Under the pieces are notes generated by a model that saw nothing but the letters and a program-made list of their open reading frames with translations, searched no databases and was not told the origin of the DNA. The position numbers and the translations under genes are program-made. A DNA stretch of 63,583 nt, filler included, from Saprolegnia diclina VS20 (taxonomy: Eukaryota): NCBI RefSeq assembly GCF_000281045.1. It is 5 parts of 2 records of this genome, joined end to end, with 100 filler letters (N's around TTAATTAATTAA, not from the genome) between each part and the next. Parts side by side here need not be neighbours in the genome. Positions count along the whole stretch, not along the records: positions 1 to 19,596 come from NW_008246098.1; 4 more parts are not named here. One strand, given 5' to 3'. Numbering within the stretch: position 1 is the first letter of the stretch; the number at the start of each line of letters is the position of its first letter. Shown here piece by piece: positions 1 through 9,839 of the stretch.

Positions 1-613
1 GACCTTGCGCGAGCTATGACTATACAAGTGAGTGCGTTCTCGAGATGGTGTGACCGATTCCGCTCTTGGCAACAACCAAAACGTGAAACACCAGACAGAG
101 GGAAGCCGTACTCCCTAAACACCGGCTAGTGTACTACAAAGCAACGAACGGAAAGTGGTAACTAAGCTACGTCTCCTGACTGCTGCCAAAGGCTGTACAG
201 TCTCGCATCAACGGGCTTCTCCCGGAGGACTACACATGCAAACACACATCGCCTTGCCCCGGCCCAGTGGTTGCCCATCGTAGGAGACATAGGAGTAGTT
301 GTTGTAGGACATTAGTTGCAGATGGTCGACGACGGCTGCTGCCATTAGATTTGTAGGTAGTGCTAGTAGTAGGTCATGCGGTAACATTAGCGTCTCGTAG
401 AATCAAAAGTTGAATGTTGACGCACAATAATATTGCTTGGCTACTGGCGCTCAACAAACATCAAGACTGTGCATTCATCCGTAGAGTACTCCAATGCTTG
501 GCATTCCATGCCAAGTTTGAGCTATCCAAGTATCTATCGGCATGATTTCTACAAAACTTTAATCGAATTCGAGCTGAATAGCACCGCCTTCCTGAACAAA
601 ACAAAATGAAAAA

Positions 614-685
614 AGCGCATTGCCGGACTCGAACCAGCGACCCTTTGAGCTGCAATCAAACGCTCTACCACTGAGCTAAACGCGC
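614..685 (-). tRNA. tRNA-Cys(GCA)
   Basis: Reverse complement GCGCGTTTAGCTCAGTGGTAGAGCGTTTGATTGCAGCTCAAAGGGTCGCTGGTTCGAGTCCGGCAATGCGCT folds as a cloverleaf. It has a 7-bp acceptor stem, a GCTC/GAGC D arm, a TTTGA/TCAAA stem around anticodon GCA, a TTCGA T loop and a U discriminator. A T6 Pol III terminator lies at 609-614. Confidence 0.96.
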
Positions 686-1516
686 AATTTGTACAAACGG
701 TGCCTCAACCGTTATTTAAGTTCTATTTTCCAGAAACGGTCGCCCAAAACCGTGGACGTGGGGTAGGCTCACTGTATGCGACCAACGGTCGCAGATGGTC
801 TTCTTTCGAGCGCACTCTCATCACTCCAGTGCTGGCGCTGACTCCNNNNNNNNNNNNNNNNNNNNNNNNNNNNNNNNNNNNNNNNNNNNNNNNNNNNNNN
901 NNNNNNNNNNNNNNNNNNNNNNNNNNNNNNNNNNNNNNNNNNNNNAGCGCTTTGGAAAGCTTTTTAGCTCAATTTTGCAACCTTGCTTTCCACTCCAACT
1001 CGTCGATGTATCCTTCTACTGAGTACTACCCAAGAACGCCAGCGATACTGGCGCCCAACACGACAACAAGTAGAGGACTCGCCACGGTGAAGCTAAAGAG
1101 TCTTTACTTCTCGGGAACAAGTCGAGGACGCCGCAGCGACGTGGCCACGGCTGGTCCACCGCCACACGCGCATTCTGCAGGAGGAATGATCTTGTGGGAA
1201 AGAGCTGCGAGAAGGATACTCGGTTCTTCAATACTCGTTGACGAGTCACCGTTTCGCAGCGCACGCAGTAATTGTCGTTGCCTATGCGCTGGGACTGGGG
1301 CCTCGACTGTATCGTATCGCTGAACGTCTTCAGTGACGCAGCGCGTCTCGGCAAGAGCGACGTGCCCCCCATCATGCACGGTACGACGTGGTATCCGCAC
1401 TGGCGCCACTGAGTCTCGAATTACCCATCCGGATAATTTTGTCCGGATGGACTTGAAGTTGGGCGGGTTTGTACCAGGTACTTAGCACGCTCGGTTTTTG
1501 CACCGCCCAGATCTTG

Positions 1517-2983
1517 ATGGCGGCCGTGACCGAAGCTGCGCTCATCGAGCTGATTGCGTGCGCGATTCCGTCCGCCGCGGACCTCGTCGCGTACCTCCGC
1601 GCCTGGCCGTCGGCCTACCTCACGGCTTCGCTGCAGCATCTTCTCGAGCTCGTGGCGCTGATGCCATTGTGCCATCTATGGCCGCACCTGCGCCTTCCGC
1701 GCGACAAGCTCCGGGACGCTCGCATCTTGCAGCACGTGCATTTTGCAATCGCGCTGTACCCGAGCCTCGATGTGGACTTTGTCTTTGACAGCACCTTTGT
1801 GGCACGACCAGCGACGCGTGTCCGACTGCGTGGGCTCACGAGCCCGGCCGAGTTTGCCTTTGCGACGGCGCAGTGGGGCCCCCGCATCACGTCCCTCGCG
1901 CTCCACGTACATGACCACAAGGCCTTTGAGGCAACGACCCGGTCCTGGACCACTGCCGATGTGTCGCACCTCGTCGCGGTCCTGCCCACGTTGACGTCGC
2001 TTCGGGATCTCGACTTGACGTGGTCGGCGACGATTCCAAAAGCCGATATAGTGCTGACGTCGCTGCAAATGCCGTCGCTGCGCCGCGTGCAACTGACGTT
2101 GCAAGGCACGGCCGTGTGGACGACAGCGTCATTGGCGGCACTCGCTGCGTGGCTGCATACGGCGCACTCGCTCACCGAGCTCTCGCTCCGGCACGTGGTG
2201 TGGGATGTGCCCGACGCCGGAATGCATTTGGCGACCATGCTTCGAGCGTCCTCGCCGCGTCTCTCGGTGACTATGGACGTTGATGCAAGCGCGCGCGTTC
2301 AAGGTAGCTACGCGTTCCAGTTGCAAATGACGCCGATGCGAGCCACCGAGACGCGTCTTGTCCTGGCGTCGCTCGACAATACATGTACCACTGACGACGT
2401 GGTGGCGACGCTGGTCCCGACGATGCACGCAAATACGGTCAATGGCCTTTTGCAGTACGACTGTACCGTCTATGACGTGGCATTACCAGCGTCGTCGGTT
2501 TCGCGCTTGAAACCGCCGCAGCTTGCGTGTCTGCATACATTGACAATGTCGACGGACGCCATGCTCGGTGATGACGGGATGATCGCACTGGCTGCAGCGA
2601 TGGCGGCTTCGCGCCCGCGCTTTCTTCGCGACCTCTGTCTTGACGGCCAAGGCATTGGCAACGACGGTGCACGAGCGCTCGCCGTCGCCTTGACACATCT
2701 TCCATCGCTCGATAGGCTTCGCTTGGCGAGCAATCACATGCGTGGATCGTCGGGCGTCGTTGCGCTGGTTGACGCCTGGCCACCGCGTCTGAGACTCCTC
2801 GATCTATCGAATAACCCGCTGGCGGCCAAGGGAGCCCGCGCGCTCTTGTCGGCGCTCGCCGCGCTCGAGATGCCGGCACCCATCGTCGTGCGTGCGACGA
2901 ATTTGCTGTCCACTTCGCTGGAGATAGCGACGCTGGTCGCGGCGAGCCGTCGACTACCGCCGTTCCGGACGTGTTTTTTTTAA
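1517..2983 (+). CDS. RNI-like leucine-rich repeat protein with F-box-like N-terminal cap (family I)
   Basis: First in-frame ATG is at 1517. Cap is LIELIACAIPSAADLVAYLRAWP...LWPHL. C-terminal RI-type LRRs are LRDLCLDGQGIGNDGARALA, LDRLRLASNHM and LRLLDLSNNPL. Confidence 0.85.
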   Translation: MAAVTEAALIELIACAIPSAADLVAYLRAWPSAYLTASLQHLLELVALMPLCHLWPHLRLPRDKLRDARILQHVHFAIALYPSLDVDFVFDSTFVARPATRVRLRGLTSPAEFAFATAQWGPRITSLALHVHDHKAFEATTRSWTTADVSHLVAVLPTLTSLRDLDLTWSATIPKADIVLTSLQMPSLRRVQLTLQGTAVWTTASLAALAAWLHTAHSLTELSLRHVVWDVPDAGMHLATMLRASSPRLSVTMDVDASARVQGSYAFQLQMTPMRATETRLVLASLDNTCTTDDVVATLVPTMHANTVNGLLQYDCTVYDVALPASSVSRLKPPQLACLHTLTMSTDAMLGDDGMIALAAAMAASRPRFLRDLCLDGQGIGNDGARALAVALTHLPSLDRLRLASNHMRGSSGVVALVDAWPPRLRLLDLSNNPLAAKGARALLSALAALEMPAPIVVRATNLLSTSLEIATLVAASRRLPPFRTCFF

Positions 2984-3189
2984 TACATTGTAGTCAACAG
3001 AATTCATGCTGTTGTATGGTTGTTGACAGAGTGTTGAAGAGGGTCTAGCGCAATGTACTGAACGCTCGCAGCTCCAGTTGTAGCGCAACGACACCGTCTC
3101 CACAACGTGATCAAGATTCGCTTCCTCTAACTCACTGCATGTCGGCTAATATTTTGTTGTTGTAGCAACCTGATTACGCTCGTAACAAG

Positions 3190-3762
3190 TTATAAAAGGG
3201 GGGCTAGCGGGCGCACACGCGCCACTAGGTCCAGCACATCCTGAAAGTTGTGCATCTTCCCAGTCGAGACATGACGGACGGGCAGCGTCTCGAGCTGCCG
3301 GAACTTGAGTTTGTATCTTTGGCACGCGGCCAAGCGCCCAATCTCTTGGTACATGGGCAGTTGGACGCACCTTCCGCACAGTTGCTTGCCGTGGTGCTCG
3401 CTGAAGACCTTGATCCTGTAGAGACTCGGCTTCGTTCTTCCAAAATAGCCGCAGTGGCGGCACGATTTCTTCTCGATAAGACCGAGAACCTTCTTGCGAA
3501 GCTGCGTGCGCGGCTTGAGCAGCGTTGGCTCGACACCGCACTGCTCTAGCAAGACGTAGCACCACACCGACTTGTCCATAGCGGCATCCAGCGCCGCGCT
3601 GGCGCTCGAGAGGTTGAGGGCGTCCTTTGGCTGCAGAAAAGAGAGAATGTTCCGTAGCATATCTGGGCCAAACGTCTCGATCACGGTCTCGGTCTTGGCG
3701 CGCTTCACGGATCGAGGCGTTGGCGCGCTGTTTGCGGCGGAGGTGCGCTTGTGACCGGCCAT
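3190..3762 (-). CDS. F-box + XPA-like Zn-finger/DNA-binding-domain protein, copy 1
   Basis: MAGHKRT...KRAKTE basic NLS-like start, F-box-like PDMLRNILSFLQPKDALNLS...VW, CRHC-x24-CGRC, then EIGRLAACQRYKLKFRQL. Confidence 0.85.
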   Translation of the reverse strand: MAGHKRTSAANSAPTPRSVKRAKTETVIETFGPDMLRNILSFLQPKDALNLSSASAALDAAMDKSVWCYVLLEQCGVEPTLLKPRTQLRKKVLGLIEKKSCRHCGYFGRTKPSLYRIKVFSEHHGKQLCGRCVQLPMYQEIGRLAACQRYKLKFRQLETLPVRHVSTGKMHNFQDVLDLVARVRPLAPLL

Positions 3763-4384
3763 AGAGCAATCGCAAAATGAAGCAAAAGGAAAACGCCACA
3801 AGAAACACCATCATTCGTTCATTCGTGGTCGGCGGAGATGGGAAGGATCATCACGCATCATCAGCTCACGTCTGCGTTGAAGAATCACAAAGGAACTTGA
3901 TGGGGAATTCTGGGACGCATGACTCGAGCCCAATTCCTCCCTGAACGACGTGATGAAAGAAATATTAACAGGAACCACGCTGCGCAGCCTCTTGCGTCAA
4001 GTCCTTTGAGGAAAATGTACATGATAGATTTGGTTTCGACTTGCCATTTGCCAGAGCTCGAAGCCATAGTCGCACGGGTTCGCAAGACCGTTGGCCAACC
4101 TACAATCAACACATTCTTGTCCAATCACCGATGTCAATGTTTGATTTTGAGCCAATAATAATGCAATGCAGTGACGCCAATGCATCAAATCGGCACTGTC
4201 CACTTCAATTGGGATGTACATGTAGTAGTGAACAACGCATCGCCAGCAACAAGAGAGCCTCGCCTCAATCGTCACTACCTCGAGTGTTCGCCTGTTGTCG
4301 TGGGCAAACCCACACGTAGCTACCAGTACACTAACGTTATAAACAAAATGGAGCACGACAGAATTACCTTGCGCATTTGAACAA

Positions 4385-4960
4385 CTAGTTGCGCAATCGT
4401 GTTACAAGGTCCAGCACATCCTGGAGATTGTACATCTTCTTCATGCGTGGCTCGCCCGCTTCGTAATCGTAGTACCCCGAGGCGGCGACACGGACTGGCA
4501 GTGCGTGCAGCTCGTGGTGTTTGAGCTTGTACCTGCGAAGGGCTTCCATGTGTCCGATTTCATTGAAAAATGGTATCTCCACGCACGTCAAGCAGAGCTT
4601 CACGCCGTGGTGCTCATTCTCGGCCTTGATCGTAAAGGGACCGCGGACGTCAAAACGGCCGCAGTGGCTGCACGTTTTCTTCTCGACGAGTCCGACGACC
4701 ATCTTGCGGAGCTGCGATCGCGGTTTGAGCACCGTTGGCTTGACGCCGCACTGCTCCAGCAAGACGTAGCGCCACACCGATTTGTCCATGGCCGCGTCGA
4801 GCGCAGGGCTGGCGTTCGAGAGGTTGAGTGCATCGTTTGGCTGCAGGAACGGGACAAGGCTCAGGAGCACGCGGGACCCGAGCGCTTCGATAGTCGTCGG
4901 TTCAGTCTTGGCGCGCTTGACGCGTCGAAGCGCCATCGTGTTGGCAGTGCGCGTGGCCAT
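4385..4960 (-). CDS. F-box + XPA-like domain protein, copy 2
   Basis: Paralogue of copy 1. ATG at 4960 is preceded by Inr-like TCATTTTCCATT. Contains CSHC...CLTC, EIGHMEALRRYKLKHHEL and MKKMYNLQDV. Confidence 0.87.
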   Translation of the reverse strand: MATRTANTMALRRVKRAKTEPTTIEALGSRVLLSLVPFLQPNDALNLSNASPALDAAMDKSVWRYVLLEQCGVKPTVLKPRSQLRKMVVGLVEKKTCSHCGRFDVRGPFTIKAENEHHGVKLCLTCVEIPFFNEIGHMEALRRYKLKHHELHALPVRVAASGYYDYEAGEPRMKKMYNLQDVLDLVTRLRN

Positions 4961-5870
4961 TGCCAATGGAAAATGACCATCCCAATGCAATTTGACGAAG
5001 GAAAACCCGCACACATTGTTGCTAGAGTGGGATAGTAGAGTGGGATGTTGGGACAAATGGGTTTCTTCGTCGTCTCGCGCTTGAATTTTTGGTCTACAGT
5101 AGGTTCTCAACTGTGTGCCGCGGTATCAGTTGGGCCAATCGATGCCTAATAGTGTCGCAGCTCCAGTACATCGCTCTCCACCGTCTGGAAAACGCCGACA
5201 TGATGACACTATCTGACGGCTGGCCTGTGAGCATTTTGGGCGTCTTGGTGATGGGGTTGGAGCTCCATTTTCGTTTTTCGATTTGCACCTGTAGTTGGTA
5301 AGCCACATTTTGTTTCGACACAGACCTTGATACTACGTCGGTAGGACGCATTGGAATCTAGAAAAACTTTTTTCAAATGCTCTTTCTCTGAAAAGGACCC
5401 TGTGCATCGAGACGTGCGTCGACAGCTGCATCGAGCGTCTGCTGGTGTCGCCCACTGATACGTTCACTGACGCGACACCGTCACGCGCACTAGGACCAGC
5501 AACGACGAGGCTCGTTTGCTCTGGTTCTATGTTATGTTATTAGTGGTCGCAAAAGTCCAGATCCAAACACAAACGAGCAAAGAGAGCTTCAATACGTACT
5601 CAATTCCAGATCTCAAACTACTCCAGACCCAGCCCCAGACCAGCACCAGCGCTTTTGTGATGGGAGAGCACCATCGTTGGGATACTTTCCATGGATTGGC
5701 CAAAACGCAATCGCCCCGACGGACCTCAGGTGTTGCACACAAACCTCCTCGATTCAGAAAGTGCAAACGCAACAACGAGTGATGGTCCATTCGTCCCATC
5801 ATCCCACTCTAACGAGCTGTGAATGATGGTTCCTCGTGTGATTGCTTCAGATGTTCATTTTCAAATTGCA

Positions 5871-6455
5871 ATGACCGGCATCAAGCGTACCTCCACCCGA
5901 ACCAACACGATGGCGCTCCGACCTACGAAGCGCACCAAGACAGAGCCGACGAGCCTCGCGACATTCGGCCCCGACGCGCTCCTCAGCATCATCTCGTTCC
6001 TGCAGCCCAACGATGCACTCAACCTCTCGAGCGCCAGCCCGGCGCTGGACGCGGCCATGGACAAGTCGGTGTGGCGCTACGTCTTGCTGGAGCAGTGCGG
6101 TGTCAAGCCAACGCTGCTCAAGCCGCGCACGCAGCTCCGCAAGATGGTCGTCGGCCACGTCGAGAAGAAAACGTGCCACCACTGTGGCCATTTTGAAGTC
6201 CGCGGCCTGTACACGATCAAGGTGCACAGCGAGCACTGCGGCACCAAGCTCTGCATGACGTGTATGGAAATGCCAGTGTTCAAGGAGATTGGGCACATGG
6301 AGGCCCTTCGCAAGTACAAGCTCAAGCACCACGAACTGCATACGCTGCCAGTGCGTCTCGTCGCCTCTGCGTATTATGACGACGAAGGCGAGCCGCGCAT
6401 GAAGAAGATGTACAACCTCCAGGTTGTCTTGGACCTTGTGGCACAAGTGCGATAG
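5871..6455 (+). CDS. F-box + XPA-like domain protein, copy 3
   Basis: ATG at 5871 follows TCATTTTCAAATT. Same architecture as the other copies; divergent from copy 2. Confidence 0.87.
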   Translation: MTGIKRTSTRTNTMALRPTKRTKTEPTSLATFGPDALLSIISFLQPNDALNLSSASPALDAAMDKSVWRYVLLEQCGVKPTLLKPRTQLRKMVVGHVEKKTCHHCGHFEVRGLYTIKVHSEHCGTKLCMTCMEMPVFKEIGHMEALRKYKLKHHELHTLPVRLVASAYYDDEGEPRMKKMYNLQVVLDLVAQVR

Positions 6456-7055
6456 TCACGTTCGTTGGCATGCATGTAATAGACAATAACGTCGACGTTG
6501 TAGTGATTGTTTCGGAACGTCATCATATCGCCGCAGATACTATCTGTTATGTAAGCAATCTTGGGAGTGCAATATGACAATCGATTCATGAGTTGGCAAG
6601 ACTCACTACACACAACACTAAAATTTCGCTGTACATGTTAAAATTTAATTGAGCCTGACGCGCACCATGGCCCACGAGGCAGCTTGTGATGCGTCGACTG
6701 TTCCAAGCGCGTTAAAGGTTCCAAAGTGAATTCACGATCTAGGGCCCTCCATACAGCAAATAATACATTGCATTGTATCGTGAAAGTTGCAAGCGTCATC
6801 GGCGGGCAAGATCCTCTCGCAGACTTAGAGCCTCGGCCATATATGCATCCGCATCGTCCGGTACCGCTAGACAAACAGTCACGACTGGGATCCGCGATCC
6901 AGCGCGTATGTTCTCATCTTTATGACAACTTGGAGTACAAGATGAAGGTCAAGTTGCAACGCCTCACCGAGCGGGTTTAGGTTTAGCGTTTGTAAGTGGT
7001 CAATCGAATGCTGATTGATCGAATGCGGTGTTGTTGAATTTTTACCCCAAGCACA

Positions 7056-7345
7056 AGTGTCCATGACCAACGAGACGTTATGGACCAGCGATAACGACCG
7101 ACAGATAACGCGTTTGACTTCCATTGTATCGTCTTGCACGGGTGCTTGGTCTCCCGTGGCTAACTGCAGGTAGAGGTCGCCGAGGTGACGGCCCGCGGCT
7201 ACAAGGCTGGCAGCACGTTGAACGCATCGGAGGGGCGCAACGACACCGTCAGCGATGACAACTGCGGTACGCCAGAAACGACGTTGGCGGCCTCATCGCA
7301 AGTCAGAGCAAAGTCGCTGATGCGAAGCGTTTTGAGGTACACGAA
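7056..7345 (-). pseudogene. C-terminal relic of LRR family II
   Basis: Translates YLKTLRISDFALTCDEAANVVSGVPQLSSLTVSLRPSDAFNVLPAL / (frameshift) VAAGRHLGDLYL...KRVICRSLSLVHNV. This matches the C-terminus of 16652-18151. Confidence 0.75.
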
Positions 7346-7351
7346 GCACCA

Positions 7352-7945
7352 CTAGTTTCTCATTTTCGTTACGAGATCCAGCACATCCTGTAGATTGTAC
7401 ATCTTCTTCATGCGTGGTTCGCCCACGTCGTCATAGGTGTAGAGATCCGGTTCGCGAGTTTCGTACGCAGAGGCGACGAGACGCACTGGCAGCGTATGCA
7501 GCTCGTGGTGCTTGAGCTTGTACTTGCGAAGAGCTTCCATGTGTCCAATCTCGTTGAACATTGGTATCTCGATGCATGTCAGGCAGAGCTTCGCGCCGTC
7601 GTGCGGATTGCCAGCTGTGAAGGGGCCACGGACCTCAAAGTGGCCGCAATGGCTGCACGTTTTCTTCTCGACAAGACCGACGACCATCTTGCGGAGCTGC
7701 GATCGCGGCTTGATCATTTTTGGCTTGACGCCACACTGCTTGATGAGAACATAGCGCCATACCGACCTGTTCATGGCTGCGTCGAGCGCAGGGCTGGCGC
7801 TGGAGAGGTTGAGCACATCATTTGGCTGCAGGAACGGGACAAGGCTCAGGAGCACGTGGGACCCGAGCGCTTCGATGGGCGTCGGTTCTGTCTTGGCGCG
7901 CTTGATGGGTCGAAGCGCCACCGTGTTGGCAGTGCGCGTGGCCGT
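7352..7945 (-). CDS. F-box + XPA-like domain protein, copy 4 (canonical starts mutated; possible pseudogene)
   Basis: Open frame closest to copy 2, but both homologous ATGs read ACG (7945) and GTG. Confidence 0.65.
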   Translation of the reverse strand, partial: TATRTANTVALRPIKRAKTEPTPIEALGSHVLLSLVPFLQPNDVLNLSSASPALDAAMNRSVWRYVLIKQCGVKPKMIKPRSQLRKMVVGLVEKKTCSHCGHFEVRGPFTAGNPHDGAKLCLTCIEIPMFNEIGHMEALRKYKLKHHELHTLPVRLVASAYETREPDLYTYDDVGEPRMKKMYNLQDVLDLVTKMRN

Positions 7946-8650
7946 TGCAATTGGAAAATGACGATGTATGGAGTGCCATGGTAAGAATGACCTGCACTCA
8001 ATGCAGATGTAGCGTAACATCTCGGGCTTGGCGACAGCTGGCCTGACTTGAGCGTGGACGTGAAGTGCGGTACAACTGGTATCGTTAGTGTAGTCAGGAG
8101 TAATACGATTTGAAGCAAAGCATTCTAACGTTACAAGAGTATTTGATGCCCCAGTGTGATGTGGTGCTTCAACGATAGAACCGCAAGAGCAATGCCTGAA
8201 CGTACTCAAGCTCAATCCCCGAAAGTCTCGTGTCGACAACTTGTCAGCCGCCAGTTAGCAACATTCTCATACCAGGGTTGCTATACGTAAACGGGTTTCC
8301 AACGTCATCTGGGATTACGGTCGGCACCGAAAATCTGGTGAAAACGACGCAAAACAAGTGCCCCAGATCCCAAAATGCTCCCAACCCAGACCCAGCTCCT
8401 GATCGGCACCAGTACTTTTGCGATGGGAGAACGCAATTCTGAAGCTTTCAATGGATGGACCAAAACGATATCGCGCCAACTGACCTCAGGTATTGCACGC
8501 ATTTCCAACCTTACTCGATACATATGGTCCAAAAACTGCAAACGCCGAGTGACAGTCATTTCGTCACAACATCCCACTCTAACCAGCTGTGAATGAAGGT
8601 CGCTTAGAAAGAGTCTTGGGAATTCTCATTTTCCAATTATTACTAGTACA

Positions 8651-9241
8651 ATGACCGGCTGCAAGCGCACTAGCACCGAGGTCCCAGTAAACACGATGGC
8701 GCTCGGAGCTGCCAAGCGATCCAAGTCAGAGCCGACGACCCTCGAGACACTCGGCACCGACGCGCTCCTCAGCATCGTCTCGTTCCTGCAGCCGAACGAC
8801 GCGCTCAACCTCTCGAGTGCCAGCCCGGCGCTCGACGCGGCCATGGACAAGTCGGTGTGGCGCTACGTCTTGCTGGAGCAATGCGGCGTCAAGCCAAAGG
8901 TACTCAAGCCGCGCACGCAGCTCCGCAAGATGGTCGTCGGCCATGTCGAGAAGAAAACGTGCCACCACTGCGGCCGTTTTGTAGTCCGTGGCCTGTACAC
9001 GATCGACGACCGCAACGAACACTATGGCAAAAAGCTCTGCATGACGTGCATGGAAATGCCAGTGTTCAAGGAGATTGGGCACATGGAGGCCCTTCGCAAG
9101 TACAAGCTCAAGCACCACGAACTGCATACGCTGCCAGTACGTCTCGCCCCCGATGGGTACTACACCTACGACTACGAGCCGCCTATGAAGAAGATGTACA
9201 ACCTCCAGGTTGTCTTGAACCTTGTGGCCCAATTGCGATAG
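8651..9241 (+). CDS. F-box + XPA-like domain protein, copy 5
   Basis: ATG follows CTCATTTTCCAATT. Closest to copy 3, including the 5' and 3' flanks. Confidence 0.87.
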   Translation: MTGCKRTSTEVPVNTMALGAAKRSKSEPTTLETLGTDALLSIVSFLQPNDALNLSSASPALDAAMDKSVWRYVLLEQCGVKPKVLKPRTQLRKMVVGHVEKKTCHHCGRFVVRGLYTIDDRNEHYGKKLCMTCMEMPVFKEIGHMEALRKYKLKHHELHTLPVRLAPDGYYTYDYEPPMKKMYNLQVVLNLVAQLR

Positions 9242-9839
9242 GCACGTTCGATGTAATAGACAACATCGTCCACGTTGCAGTGATTGTTCCCGGTCGTCCT
9301 CATGTCGCCGTAGATTCTAGTAATGCAAACAATTGTGGGAGCCACTATTCAAGTGTTGTCATGACTCACTCTGAAATTGCTTGTTGCCCACGCGCACACA
9401 ATGCGATCAGCATGAGGAACCCCGTGAAGCGCTCGCTGTTGCCTTGCGCTGATGGCCTTGCGGCGGTTCAACACGCCACTGTACTCGGTGTAGAAGGCAT
9501 CGACGAGCTGCTCCCAATGTTTCTCAGTCATCGTGGTACCCAGAAGCGCTCTGTCATCTCATGGAACGTTCCATCGACCCAAGCCCGTAGGAGCCATCGT
9601 CAACAAACATGGGCACTTTGAGAGGCGGAAAGCCGCCAGGCCCGTCTTGGTGCTTGTCGTGCCAGCGCTATGGAGTCCTTGATACTGGTAGCGCGTGAGA
9701 GAGGATGGCGACGACCTCGCGCAGTGTCCACTCCAATCGCCATTTGCAAGCGTCTCAAGGTGCACGCAAGACGGAACCAGCGCTAGGTCCATCAACGATA
9801 GGAGATTGTACTACATGTACTAGTTAGCATCCGTAGTGT

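Noticed and set aside
9600..9795. Further possible family II relics (LVPSCVHLETL; also LTTLTIPV near 8080 and GDGVVAL..STLR near 3075)
   Set aside because: Matches are too short to support by eye.
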